A DNA stretch of 64,000 nt, from IMG/VR virus record IMGVR_UViG_2596583600_000002, positions 14,752 to 78,751 of that record; one strand, given 5' to 3'. This stretch comes from a virus. Taxonomy: Duplodnaviria; Caudoviricetes. Shown one piece after another: positions 19,601-27,867 of this stretch; within the stretch, counting starts at the first letter, position 1; each line of letters starts with the position of its first letter. A program made the position numbers and the translations under genes. A model generated the notes under the pieces. It ran no database searches, had not been told where the DNA came from, and worked only from the letters and a program-made list of their open reading frames with translations.

Positions 19601-20805
19601 ACGAGATCGCCGCCAATGCCGTGACGACAGCGAAGATCAACACCGGAGCTGTCACGGCCAATGAAATCGCGTCGAACGCGGTCACCGCGCAGAAGGTCGC
19701 GGCCAACGCCATCACTGGCGACAAGATCGACGCGAACACCGTAACGGCCCGCAACATCATCGTCGCGGACCTGTCCAATCTGGTCATCAACAACTGGACT
19801 GGCGGCGATCTGGAAGGCTGGACGTGGGCCAGCACTCCCATTCTCGAATATAATACGTCGGCCGCCACGACGGCGGCGGGCATCGCCGGGTATGTGGTGC
19901 GGTTTGACCATTCGGCCGAGAATATCCGATCGACACAGGCGTCCTGTTCGGCCGGGGAAAAATTCTATTTCGAAATATATGTCTTCCGTTCGACTGCCCT
20001 GGGCGCTCCGAATAGCAACACGCTCCTCCAGGCGCGGTTCGAGGTCGATGACGGCAGCGGTGGAACTACGGCATTCTATGTGACGCTCGCGTCGCTGTCG
20101 CCTACCCAGCAATGGATTAAGGCGGCGGGCGTTGCGGAGGCTCCCGCCAATGCGAAAACTGTGTCGCTGTGGGTCAGGCCCTTGTCTCAAGCCTCTCCCG
20201 TTGGTCGCGTCTATCTCGGCCGCCCGGTCCTTCGCCGAGCCGCCAGCGCCGAGCTGATCGTCAATGGGGCCATCACTGCGGACAAGATGGCGGCCAACAG
20301 CATCACGGCTGCAAACGGCGCTATCCAAGATCTGACGGTCCAGACGCTCAAGATCGCCAATCAGGCGGTCAACACGGTCGTATCCACCTTTACGGCCGCG
20401 CAGATCGCCACGACGAAAGCAAACGATGGTTGGGTGACCGCGCAAACGGCGAGCGTCACCACGATTGGCGCTGCCATGAACATCACGATGTCGGCAGCCT
20501 TCAATTTCGTCGGAGACTTTTACGGCGCGAATGGCCTCAGCGACAAAGTAGAGTTTCGCGCTTTGCGTGACGGGAATGTCATTTGGGGGCCGGTGGCATT
20601 TACAGGCGCAGCCTTCTTCAATGGCCTGTTCACGACTGTACTGGGATCAGGGGTCTGCACGTTCACCGTTGGCGACGTGCCCAGCGTTGGTGCGCACACC
20701 TATCAACTCCAGTTTCGAACTGTGCAGGCGCCCGGAGAAAGCGGCACCCTGCGGCAGGCGTTTGCGACCAACCGCGGAATTTTCATCCAGGAGATCAAGA
20801 AGTGA
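16675..20805 (+). CDS. tail tip / host-specificity protein (hub, FN3-like domains, 10-aa repeats, CBM-like domains)
   Basis: DTTAPG.PTG...YYWMRAVDTSGNLS FN3 pattern; repeated AVTxxKIxxG units. Confidence 0.78.
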   Translation: MSVVVRIRAWPRVAATGAPVALFLAGGGNDAPYHDGANHYQAGVVADPRFEASLSFTDESWAARAIPQASAIGWMPDNPARLDGMAAYYWRDAAIEIDRIKDGVVTRRLTGTIAEATVAEGRLVITCADLSQRLDKAIATATFAGTGGIEGGDFAIGRVKRRNFGLVWNIEGRLLDKANNIYEFGDPAFALQGCTALRDKGRAGTLAILGWQGSMAATFAALQASVPVRGGGVFAPSIACAKWWTQPSGPLTADLKGEAAGYSENVVGVAAQLLDRANGPAIANQAAAQAFRTGPAGLHIGDANESMAAALDRLLQKVTLIWTLQPTGEVVIREWTFTGPVESLNAIFIGRERTLQPVHTRKVGYRKNEREHGDGEISIAVLAGDVVYEDGTTSEAMKPAEPGATNSADPSSAFGPGKTVQDVLTEVNGKIEGILNPPDMPGIPTLGSRMKMGPDQTQLVTLRASWTAAISPDVSGYVVRVQQDGFDWIEYLVGPGESTWEGPVSAHTLYRVQIASFDWQNNRSSFTLPIQSITTARDTTAPGLPTGITAAASLTSIFVEATAPADADLDAVEIWENATSDTGTRTLLTVVKARPGQTVAYARSGLGSNVTRYYWMRAVDTSGNLSGFTAVASATTPRAVANDIADGIISNQKLFNGLAAVETVAALPSTGNFRGRTIMLQTDGKLYRWNSTATTGTANWSAAVATGDLTGQIISTQITDNAITTPKIATGAVTANEIAGGTITGNKIVAGTISGSLIAANAITASKMLIGDTSNMVPDPSCNDLDAWTVDGSTISIVATGFAVAGQNRLSTPAQTGFAHIKTAAMDVEPGASYYGKTWSGPETGVSINVFTRVEWYALNAAGVETYLSASNISASTATTALRTVDGIVTAPATARRARLVAGRDSGNNSNFTAANFIFRKASSGELIVDGAILAQHLSASSVTANAISAGAVIADKIAANAVTTAKINTGAVTANEIAANAVTTAKINTGAVTANEIASNAVTAQKVAANAITGDKIDANTVTARNIIVADLSNLVINNWTGGDLEGWTWASTPILEYNTSAATTAAGIAGYVVRFDHSAENIRSTQASCSAGEKFYFEIYVFRSTALGAPNSNTLLQARFEVDDGSGGTTAFYVTLASLSPTQQWIKAAGVAEAPANAKTVSLWVRPLSQASPVGRVYLGRPVLRRAASAELIVNGAITADKMAANSITAANGAIQDLTVQTLKIANQAVNTVVSTFTAAQIATTKANDGWVTAQTASVTTIGAAMNITMSAAFNFVGDFYGANGLSDKVEFRALRDGNVIWGPVAFTGAAFFNGLFTTVLGSGVCTFTVGDVPSVGAHTYQLQFRTVQAPGESGTLRQAFATNRGIFIQEIKK
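19558..19677 (+). repeat. 60-bp tandem coding repeat (AVTTAKINTGAVTANEIAxN x2)
   Basis: near-identical peptides with many synonymous differences. Confidence 0.8.
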
Positions 20806-20996
20806 AAAAGACGAGCGTTATGCCTTTCCTTAGCGTCGCCGCTCTCGCCATGGCTGGATGCGCGACCACCGCGCCGCCTTATTCCAGGAACGAAGTGCCC
20901 GAAGGTTTGCGACACAAGAATGCCCTGCGATCGACCATCACGGTCGATCACGGGGCGGGCGAATGGCTGGTTTTCTGTCCGCGCGGTGAGTGCTGA
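20802..20996 (+). CDS. small lipoprotein
   Basis: GTGA overlap; MKKTSVMPFLSVAALAMAG-C lipobox. Confidence 0.65.
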   Translation: MKKTSVMPFLSVAALAMAGCATTAPPYSRNEVPEGLRHKNALRSTITVDHGAGEWLVFCPRGEC

Positions 20997-21487
20997 TGGA
21001 TCATTACGCGATCTTTGACGACAGCGGAGCCGTCCTCAGGGAAGTTGTCTGTTATGCCGATCAGATCGGCATCCAACTCGCGTCCGGCGAAAGCGCTCTA
21101 CCATTGGCTCGACACCTCGACCAGTCCCGGCAGTGGAAGGTGGTGGGCGGCAGGCTGGTCGAAAGACCAGCGGCAACCGGCGCAGGCGTTCCAGCGACAG
21201 ACGCCGAACTGTGGATGGAAACCAGACTGCAGCTCAATCAGGCGCTGATGGCTGGCTATCCATCCAGTTACGGCCCGATAGACCTCCGCCCCGGTGCGAA
21301 ACAAGCCATGCTGACGGCCATTGCCCTTGGACGGGGACTCGACCTGATCCTGCTCGACAATAGAATTGTGTCCCTGAACGCGGATCAACTGGCGGCGCTC
21401 GGGGGAGAAGCATTCGCCTGGGAGCAAGCGCGCGTCATGGAAGCGCAGAACCTCCGCCCATCCTCACTCTCGATTGAAAGGATTTGA
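20996..21487 (+). CDS. tail-associated hypothetical protein
   Basis: TGATG coupling; 163 aa. Confidence 0.6.
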   Translation: MDHYAIFDDSGAVLREVVCYADQIGIQLASGESALPLARHLDQSRQWKVVGGRLVERPAATGAGVPATDAELWMETRLQLNQALMAGYPSSYGPIDLRPGAKQAMLTAIALGRGLDLILLDNRIVSLNADQLAALGGEAFAWEQARVMEAQNLRPSSLSIERI

Positions 21488-21488
21488 A

Positions 21489-21755
21489 ATGACCGAACCC
21501 ACCATGGACCTGCCCGCCGCTTATGACATCGTGCAGACCGCTGAAAAGGCCGTCGCGGCCAGCGTGGTCGAGAAAATCGAAACTTTCCGTGCTGACATCG
21601 AAGCACTTGCTGCGTCGCTGCCTCCGCAGGCGGGCAACAGCCATGTCATGCGGCAGATGGGAAACATCACCAGTTACCTGTTCAGCTTCGACAGCATCAG
21701 GGATGCGCTGAACGCCAACTATGGCCTGCTGGCCCAGCCTGAGGGTGAAGTCTGA
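21489..21755 (+). CDS. hypothetical protein
   Basis: AAGGA RBS. Confidence 0.6.
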   Translation: MTEPTMDLPAAYDIVQTAEKAVAASVVEKIETFRADIEALAASLPPQAGNSHVMRQMGNITSYLFSFDSIRDALNANYGLLAQPEGEV

Positions 21756-21759
21756 CCCC

Positions 21760-22122
21760 ATGAACGTCGATGCTGATTTCCGGGCATGGCTTCAGTCGCC
21801 CAACCTGATCGCGGTCGCCAGTTCGGCCGCGCTGGAAACGGCGTGGGGCGAACTGGCGGCGGTTGCGGAGAGCGTATCGGCGCTGGCGAACAAGGCCGAC
21901 GCGGACGCCGAGGCTGCGCGGCAGATCAACCTGTTCGGCGCTCCGATGGTAGTGGAAGTGCTTCAGGTCGATGGCCTCAGGATCGATCTGTTCGCGCGGC
22001 CGGTAACGCTCACCGCTGCGCGCGCTGGCTATACGGCTGGCGCAACCGTCTTCGTCCTGGGGGCGAAGGAACTGGATCAGGTGGAGCGCACGAACCTGAC
22101 CGTCTTGAGGAAACTGGCATGA
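21760..22122 (+). CDS. putative minor tail protein
   Basis: GAGG RBS; coupled to the next gene. Confidence 0.6.
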   Translation: MNVDADFRAWLQSPNLIAVASSAALETAWGELAAVAESVSALANKADADAEAARQINLFGAPMVVEVLQVDGLRIDLFARPVTLTAARAGYTAGATVFVLGAKELDQVERTNLTVLRKLA

Positions 22123-22871
22123 GCGGCGTCCTGATCATCAAGCCGCTGCCGATCGCGGCGGTGCCGACCGTCACGGGCACGGGCGCGGCCAATCTACTCA
22201 CCGTCGATCCCAATGAGGCGTGGATCGCTTCCGGCACCGGCCCTCGTAACATAGATGTCGACATGGGATCAGAGGTGACGGTCGACAGCTTCTACTTGGG
22301 TTATACCAATGCAGATGGAGCCGCTCTCTGGCGCATTGATCGAGCGACCGGCCCCGGCACGGGACTGGTCACTGTCAAGGCTGCTGGCCCGATGCGCGCG
22401 GCCGACAGCGAAGGGCCGCGTCATCATTGCTTCGCCCGCCTCGCCGCGCCGGTCGTCAGCCGCTATTTCCGCCTCGTCGTCAACCATCCCGGCCCTGCAT
22501 CCCTCTATGCGGGTGCGCTGGTGATCGGGCTGGCATTCGAGAAGCATCGGGAACGCAATGGTGGTCGTGGACTGCTGGACACAGGGGTGCGGCAGGATTT
22601 GCCCAGCGGTGGCTTCGGGATCGGCGATGGCGTCGTGAAGGCCCAGTTCAGCTTTTCGTTCATCGACCTGTCCGCAGCCGAACTGCGGCGACTTTGGTCG
22701 ATCAATAAGGATCGCGGGCTTCGCAGGCCGGTGGTGATCGTCGAGGACGCCGACCTCACGGCTGGGCTGAATGAGGCGATCCACTATGGCACTTTCGATC
22801 GGTTCCAGCCATATGAGGGAACCGACGCCGACGAGACGCGGTGGTCATGCTCACATATCGAATGGGCATGA
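22119..22871 (+). CDS. putative minor tail protein
   Basis: GAGG RBS, ATGA overlap; beta-sandwich-like ANLL...W...SRYFRL. Confidence 0.6.
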   Translation: MSGVLIIKPLPIAAVPTVTGTGAANLLTVDPNEAWIASGTGPRNIDVDMGSEVTVDSFYLGYTNADGAALWRIDRATGPGTGLVTVKAAGPMRAADSEGPRHHCFARLAAPVVSRYFRLVVNHPGPASLYAGALVIGLAFEKHRERNGGRGLLDTGVRQDLPSGGFGIGDGVVKAQFSFSFIDLSAAELRRLWSINKDRGLRRPVVIVEDADLTAGLNEAIHYGTFDRFQPYEGTDADETRWSCSHIEWA

Positions 22872-22891
22872 TGTCCGTGGGGGGACATCAA
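22872..22891 (+). promoter_or_regulatory. putative late-activator site TGTCC-N6-GGACATCAA, lysis operon
   Basis: same arms and same spacing to ATG as the 6375 copy. Confidence 0.65.
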
Positions 22892-22924
22892 GGCCGCCTG
22901 CTGTTTCCGGCCATCCCGTTCCCC

Positions 22925-23473
22925 ATGGCCGCTTCGTTCTCCAAGAAAACCCTCGCCGCCCTGATGGGCAGCGCCGCCGTTGCCGGGGCGCTCACCGCCG
23001 ACATCGCGCGATGGGAGGGCAAGAAGAATGTCGGCTATCTCGACCTCGCGAAAATCCCGACCAAATGCTTCGGCGATACCAGCGATGTGATCGTCGGGAA
23101 GTTCTATAGCGATGCGGAATGCGCCGCTGGCCTTGACCGGCAGGCCACTGTTCATGTCGAGGGTGTCCTGCGTTGCGCTCCGGGCCTTGCCAGCCAGCCG
23201 CAGCTTCTCCGCGCGTCTGGGTCGATGGCCTATAATATCGGCGTGGCGGGCTGGTGTGGGTCGACCGCCGCATCGCGTTTCAAGGTCGGTGACTGGGTGG
23301 GCGGATGCCTCGCCATCGGGCCGTATTTCACGGTCCTTCGCAAGGACGGGTCGACGGTCGTCACCAGCGGCTTCATCAACGCCCGCGTCAACGGCAAGCT
23401 GCAGCCGGTCGACGGCCTGATCTTCCGCCGCACCTATGAGATGACCGTTTGCCTTCGGGGGTTGATCGCATGA
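22925..23473 (+). CDS. GH24 phage lysozyme, SAR-like N-terminus
   Basis: WEG...Y.D...IPTKCFGDT catalytic E-D-T pattern, AYNIG, GL..RR..E...C. Confidence 0.9.
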   Translation: MAASFSKKTLAALMGSAAVAGALTADIARWEGKKNVGYLDLAKIPTKCFGDTSDVIVGKFYSDAECAAGLDRQATVHVEGVLRCAPGLASQPQLLRASGSMAYNIGVAGWCGSTAASRFKVGDWVGGCLAIGPYFTVLRKDGSTVVTSGFINARVNGKLQPVDGLIFRRTYEMTVCLRGLIA

Positions 23474-24063
23474 TCGCCACCGCGATCCGCTTGACCGGCT
23501 GGGTGCGGGGCGCGCTGCGCTGGATGGCGGATCATCCCGACATCCTGTTGCTGGCCTTCCTCGCCGCCGTGTGCGTCGTGCGCGGCAATGCGCTGAATGA
23601 CGCGCGACAGGAGATCGACCGGCAACGCAACATCGCTGCCCAGTGGAAGGGTGACTTTCTCGCGCAGCGTCAGGAGATGCGGAAGTTCGCGGGCATGGTT
23701 CGCGAGGCGGGCGTGCAGGCGGCGAAGGACGACGCGGCCAATCGGAAACGGGTCGAGCAGCTATGGTCGACCAAGCTGGAGCAGCAGTCCCATGAATATC
23801 AGTCGTCTCTTGCCGCTGCCTTTGCTGGCGTTGATCGCCGCTTGCGGGGCGGATCGGCCGAAGGTGGAAACAGCGCTGCCGGTGGTTGCGGCGAAGCGCA
23901 ACTGCCCCGCCTTTCCGCCATGCCCGAAGGGGCTTTGCCAGCCGGTGGAGCGGGTGTCATTTCACGAGCCGACGCCCTGATCTGCATCGGCAATACCGTG
24001 CGCCTTGAGGCGCTGATCGCGGCATGGAATGGTGCCGCTTCGATCGACGTGAACGGGCATTAA
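23470..24063 (+). CDS. Rz-like inner-membrane spanin
   Basis: N-terminal TM plus coiled coil after the endolysin. Confidence 0.75.
   Translation: MIATAIRLTGWVRGALRWMADHPDILLLAFLAAVCVVRGNALNDARQEIDRQRNIAAQWKGDFLAQRQEMRKFAGMVREAGVQAAKDDAANRKRVEQLWSTKLEQQSHEYQSSLAAAFAGVDRRLRGGSAEGGNSAAGGCGEAQLPRLSAMPEGALPAGGAGVISRADALICIGNTVRLEALIAAWNGAASIDVNGH
23792..23980 (+). CDS. Rz1-like outer-membrane spanin nested in Rz (+1 frame)
   Basis: MNISRLLPLPLLALIAA-C lipobox; Pro/Cys-rich. Confidence 0.75.
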   Translation: MNISRLLPLPLLALIAACGADRPKVETALPVVAAKRNCPAFPPCPKGLCQPVERVSFHEPTP

Positions 24064-24117
24064 AAAAGGCGCTTTGAAGCGCCCTTGCAATAGCCCTGAT
24101 TGGCTCTTTCTCATCGT

Positions 24118-24207
24118 AATTTTTTTCGTGAATTTCTGACGCGAATTTCTGTCGCAGCACAGTAATTTTTGACCCGAATTTTTGACCCGAATTTTTGACC
24201 CGCTACA
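24118..24207. repeat. prophage right end: 3 degenerate plus 3 perfect 13-bp repeats (AATTTTTGACCCG), then CTACA
   Basis: perfect copies at 24164, 24177, 24190; degenerate copies at 24118, 24131, 24144; terminal CA. Confidence 0.8.
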
Positions 24208-24217
24208 CCGAAATCGA

Positions 24218-24538
24218 GTGACAGGAAATTGCTCAGGCGATCCGCTGCCTCGCCTGCTGGGGCAATTGCTGGAGCGCGCGGGACCGGACACAGCCGTCCT
24301 GCGCGCGGCCAGCCGCCCCTGGGTCAGCGCCCTGTTTCAGGGGAGGCGGCATATCATCGTCCTTGCGCTGGAGGGCGCAGACGCATCGCTGCGCGCCGCG
24401 TGTTTCGCGGAAGGGATTGAAGAGGCGCAATGGAGCCTCAATCGGCATTTCGTCGCCGACATCGCGATAGATGATCGGCGGCCCACGGAAAATGGCGTGG
24501 AAATCGAGCTTTCGGCCCTGACGATCGAGGATTGGTAA
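24218..24538 (+). CDS. host conserved hypothetical protein, possibly 5'-truncated by the prophage
   Basis: SRPW.SA.F.G.RH...H.VADI...ELSALTIEDW; frame is open back into the phage end. Confidence 0.65.
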   Translation: MTGNCSGDPLPRLLGQLLERAGPDTAVLRAASRPWVSALFQGRRHIIVLALEGADASLRAACFAEGIEEAQWSLNRHFVADIAIDDRRPTENGVEIELSALTIEDW

Positions 24539-24558
24539 GGACGGCGATGGCGGGCCGT

Positions 24559-25515
24559 TCAGCCCGCCCGCCCAGCCATCGTCCGCAGGGTTCCCAGTGC
24601 ATCGCGCAAGGCGGCGTCGATATCTTCCACCACAGCATCGCGCACGGGCACGGCGGCGGCGACAGGCATGTCCGCGATGACCCGGTGCGATCCAGCCGCG
24701 TCCCTGACGCGAGCGCGTTCCGCAAGGCCCCGTTCCAGCCGCGCGGTCAATTCGGTGATCGACAGCCGCTCTATGGAGGAAACCGGCGTCGTTTCCGCCG
24801 GACAGAAAATGACCGGCTCTTCCTGCGCTTCGGCCACGGCAAAAGACCCGGTTTCTTCAGCCGGTTCTTCGGAAAAATCCGCTTCCTCCATCGGAACCGC
24901 GCCGCCGGAAAGCGGCAGCCCGCCCGATTCGGGCAGTTCCTCCCCCGACAATGGTTCGGACCCGTTCGGCAAGGTCAGGCCGAGAGCCCCCGCCTCCTGC
25001 GCGAGGGCTTGGGCGTCTTCCTCCACCTCCACCGGCCGGGACGTCTTGTTCCGCCCGAAAATGTCGAGACCGTCAAAATCGCGGCTGGCGAAGATCGGCG
25101 CGCGCGCGGGCGCGTCCGGATGCGCGTCGGCGCGGCGCAACACAGGCTCGCCGAAGCGATCCGAAGAACGCTCCCTTCTCCGCGCGAAAGCCGTCAGCCT
25201 GGATAATGCAAAACCCATTTTACCTGCTCCCCGGACGCCATCGGAGCGTCCTTCATGTTCCAGGGCCAGAAGCCGCCCTTCGCGGCGCATGACCCCAATG
25301 ATTCCTATCGCCATCAGCGCCGCGAACAGCGCCAGCCCCAACCGGGCCGTCATGCCCAGAGGCGGCGCGGCGGCCGGCAGGATTTCCGAAACGCCGGTGG
25401 AGGCGATCAATGTTTCCACCAGCCCGACCGGCATCGACAGCATGGCGAGCGCCGCCCCGCCACCGCCCAGCGCCGCCAGCGCCACGGCCTTATTCCGGTT
25501 TCTGTACCGACCCAT
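24559..25515 (-). CDS. host membrane-anchored hypothetical protein
   Basis: two TM segments with PAAAPPLG.TAR, RRADAHPDAPAR.PI.A, DAALRDALGTLR. Confidence 0.8.
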   Translation of the reverse strand: MGRYRNRNKAVALAALGGGGAALAMLSMPVGLVETLIASTGVSEILPAAAPPLGMTARLGLALFAALMAIGIIGVMRREGRLLALEHEGRSDGVRGAGKMGFALSRLTAFARRRERSSDRFGEPVLRRADAHPDAPARAPIFASRDFDGLDIFGRNKTSRPVEVEEDAQALAQEAGALGLTLPNGSEPLSGEELPESGGLPLSGGAVPMEEADFSEEPAEETGSFAVAEAQEEPVIFCPAETTPVSSIERLSITELTARLERGLAERARVRDAAGSHRVIADMPVAAAVPVRDAVVEDIDAALRDALGTLRTMAGRAG

Positions 25516-25532
25516 CTTTCAACAGCCTCCGG

Positions 25533-26762
25533 TCACGCCGCCGCCCGCGCGTCCGGCACGGTGTTCAACAGGCGCTGATAAACAGGTTCGTAGCGCAGGA
25601 TGTTCGACGCCCAGTTCCGCTCCCGCTCGACAAAGGCGCGAGCGGTCGCCCGCCGCTCGTCCCAGAACTGGCGGTCGGCGAACATGCCGGACAGCGCGGC
25701 GGCGATGGCCGCCGGATCGTCGGGCGCGAACAGGGTGCCGGTGACGCCGTCCTCGATCAACTCGCGATGGCCGCCGACGCTGGAGGCAGCGACCAGCCTT
25801 CCCTGCGCCATGGCTTCCAGCGGCTTGAGCGGCGTCACCAGATCGGTGAGGCGCATCGCCTTGCGCGGATAGGCGAGAACATCGACCTGCGCGTAATAAT
25901 CCTCGACCTGGATATGCGGCACGCGGCCCGCGAACAGGATATGATCGGCGAAGGGCGATGCCGTGGCCCGGTCGCGCAGCGCCTGTTCGCAGGGACCTCC
26001 CCCCACGAGCAGCAGCTTCGCCCTGGGCCGCGTCCGCACGAGGCGGGGCATGGCGGCGATCAGGTCGTCCAGCCCTTCATAATCGTAGAAGCTGCCGATG
26101 AAACCGACGACATCGGCGCCTTCCAGGCCCAGCTTCGCCGTCAGCGCGGGATCGCGGGCGACGGGCGTGCCGAACTGGTCCATGTCGACGCCATTGGGCG
26201 AAACGATGATCTTCCGCGCGTCGATCCCGCGCGCGATCATGTCGTGCCGCAGCCCTTCGCAGATCACGGCGACCGCGTCGGCGCTTCGCACGGCATGGGT
26301 TTCGAGCTGGCGTGTCAGCCAATAGCGGGGACTGCCTTGCGTCCCGGTGCCGTTACCGACCGCCGCATCCTCCCAGAAAGCGCGAATCTCATAGACGAGG
26401 GGAATGCCATGCCGGCGCGCGACCCGCTGGGCGGCGATGGCGTTCAGCACCGGCGAATGGGCGTGGATGATATCCGGGCGCCAGTCCTGCACCAGCGCCT
26501 CCATCGCGTCGGCATGGGCCGAAATGTCCCGCCACTCGCGCAACAGGGCATTGCCGGTCGCCGCCTTCCCCGGTGTGCGATGAAAGCGCAGCCCGTCCAC
26601 GAGCTGTTCCCGCGGCCCCGGCGCGGCGTGGCGGTGGCCGGTGATGCCCCGCACGTCCCAGCCCTTCGCCATCTGCGCCCGTAAGATGGCGCGCGTGCGG
26701 AAGGTATAGCCGCTCTGCAAGGGCAGGCTGTGGTCGAGCACATGAAGAATACGCGTCGTCAT
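25533..26762 (-). CDS. GT4 glycosyltransferase, PEP-CTERM/exosortase A-associated (TIGR04063-like)
   Basis: RILHVLDHSLPLQSGYTFRT, YEIRAFWEDA, VTPLKPLEAMAQG. Confidence 0.9.
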   Translation of the reverse strand: MTTRILHVLDHSLPLQSGYTFRTRAILRAQMAKGWDVRGITGHRHAAPGPREQLVDGLRFHRTPGKAATGNALLREWRDISAHADAMEALVQDWRPDIIHAHSPVLNAIAAQRVARRHGIPLVYEIRAFWEDAAVGNGTGTQGSPRYWLTRQLETHAVRSADAVAVICEGLRHDMIARGIDARKIIVSPNGVDMDQFGTPVARDPALTAKLGLEGADVVGFIGSFYDYEGLDDLIAAMPRLVRTRPRAKLLLVGGGPCEQALRDRATASPFADHILFAGRVPHIQVEDYYAQVDVLAYPRKAMRLTDLVTPLKPLEAMAQGRLVAASSVGGHRELIEDGVTGTLFAPDDPAAIAAALSGMFADRQFWDERRATARAFVERERNWASNILRYEPVYQRLLNTVPDARAAA

Positions 26763-26787
26763 GACCTGAATGTCTGGCAGAAATTGT

Positions 26788-26803
26788 TTAACGGCCCGTC
26801 AAC
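26788..26803. promoter_or_regulatory. CtrA-like box / -35 region upstream of the glycosyltransferase
   Basis: TTAA-N7-TCAAC, one mismatch to TTAA-N7-TTAAC. Confidence 0.3.
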
Positions 26804-26835
26804 CTCAAGCACGCAATTGCGCGCCAAATCGGGAT

Positions 26836-26854
26836 AGTTTGAAGGAGTTTGAAG
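26836..26854. repeat. AGTTTGAAG x2, candidate integrase arm-type sites
   Basis: direct repeat with 10-bp period next to the integrase stop. Confidence 0.4.
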
Positions 26855-26856
26855 AT

Positions 26857-27867
26857 TCACTTCCCGTTCCTCTGCCATTTCAGGATAGCCGTTCTGCCTA
26901 GTTTTGATTGCGACCGGCGCTTGGCGTAATGTTCCACCATCTGGAGAGATTGTCCGCTGATGGCGGCTGTCTCGGCGGCGCTGCATCCAGCTTCGAGAAG
27001 GGCATTCACGGCGTTCTTGCGTAGGCCGTGCGGCACGACCTTCACGCCTAGCTCTGCACAAAATGCCTGAATGTCAGTCCGCAGCCGGTCGATCCGGTAT
27101 TTCGTCGGTTCCTTGCCAAGGATGGTGGAGAGGCTGCGAGGGTGGCGGTCCAGTTCCTTCGACAGTTCGGTATGGATTGGTATCTCCAGAGGCTTGCCGG
27201 TCTTCTCCTGCGTCATGATGATGCGGTCACCGTCAATGTCCCGCCACCGCATCGAAGCGACGTCGCCGATCCTTTGCGCGGTGTAGTAGAGTAGGTGCAC
27301 CGCCAGCCTTACTTCGCCATCTGCTTTCAGCGCGGCATCCAGAATATGCTCCGGCCATGGTTGATGCTCGCCCACTTCCATCGGATCTATGTCGGTGAAT
27401 GGGTTGTTCGTGATATGCCCGCGCTTACGGCCCCAGCTATATGCTGCGCTGGACGCTTTCATGACCATGTTGGCGGCGGCGGGCTTGTCCGCCATCTTGT
27501 CGAGCATCAGGACGATATCCTTACGCTCCACCCTCTGGGCCGGTGCTGAACCCAGTTTATCGACAAGCTCAGTCTGATAGATTCGATAGATGCGCTGGGT
27601 AGCGACGGCGAGCTTCTCGAATTGCGCGCTGGCCTGATATAGATCGACCAGCTTTGCGACGGTCAGTTCAATGGCCACATTCTCCCGGCGGCTACGATGT
27701 CCCAACATGGCCGCATAGGTCGCACCGAAAGCGCGGTCTTTCGGATCAGGAAGGCGCTTCCATATGCGCTTGCCGTTCTCGTCCACCTGCCCGGTGTCGA
27801 AATAATAATAGAAGCGACCCTTCGCTTTGGTCCGCTTCACATACTGGATGGTCCTAGCCGTTGGCAT
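26857..27867 (-). CDS. int: tyrosine recombinase / phage integrase
   Basis: TAQRIGD, QEKTG, HGLRKN, EHY catalytic residues. Confidence 0.93.
   Translation of the reverse strand: MPTARTIQYVKRTKAKGRFYYYFDTGQVDENGKRIWKRLPDPKDRAFGATYAAMLGHRSRRENVAIELTVAKLVDLYQASAQFEKLAVATQRIYRIYQTELVDKLGSAPAQRVERKDIVLMLDKMADKPAAANMVMKASSAAYSWGRKRGHITNNPFTDIDPMEVGEHQPWPEHILDAALKADGEVRLAVHLLYYTAQRIGDVASMRWRDIDGDRIIMTQEKTGKPLEIPIHTELSKELDRHPRSLSTILGKEPTKYRIDRLRTDIQAFCAELGVKVVPHGLRKNAVNALLEAGCSAAETAAISGQSLQMVEHYAKRRSQSKLGRTAILKWQRNGK

Larger units (their letters stand above)
1..24207. mobile_element. Mu-like transposable prophage, right-hand part (left end outside window)
   Basis: DDE transposase, AAA transposition ATPase, Ner, repressor, Mu gpI/gp36/gpG-like genes, tail and lysis genes; ends in 13-bp repeats followed by CA at 24206-24207. 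Confidence 0.92.

Noticed and set aside
14228-20445. Long minus-strand ORFs (824, 635 and 483 aa)
   Set aside because: Mirror frames of the tape measure and tail tip genes; no motifs or RBS
16675-22871. Invertible tail-fibre segment or diversity-generating retroelement
   Set aside because: No invertase, reverse transcriptase, flanking inverted repeats or TR/VR pair seen
24118-24202. 13-bp repeats as a CRISPR array
   Set aside because: Head-to-tail with no spacers and no cas genes; better explained as transposase sites
24668-26684. Plus-strand 358- and 424-aa ORFs over the host genes
   Set aside because: Antisense to well-supported minus-strand genes
26763-26856. tRNA or identifiable att core at the prophage boundary
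   Set aside because: No cloverleaf seen, and attR is outside the window, so the core cannot be defined
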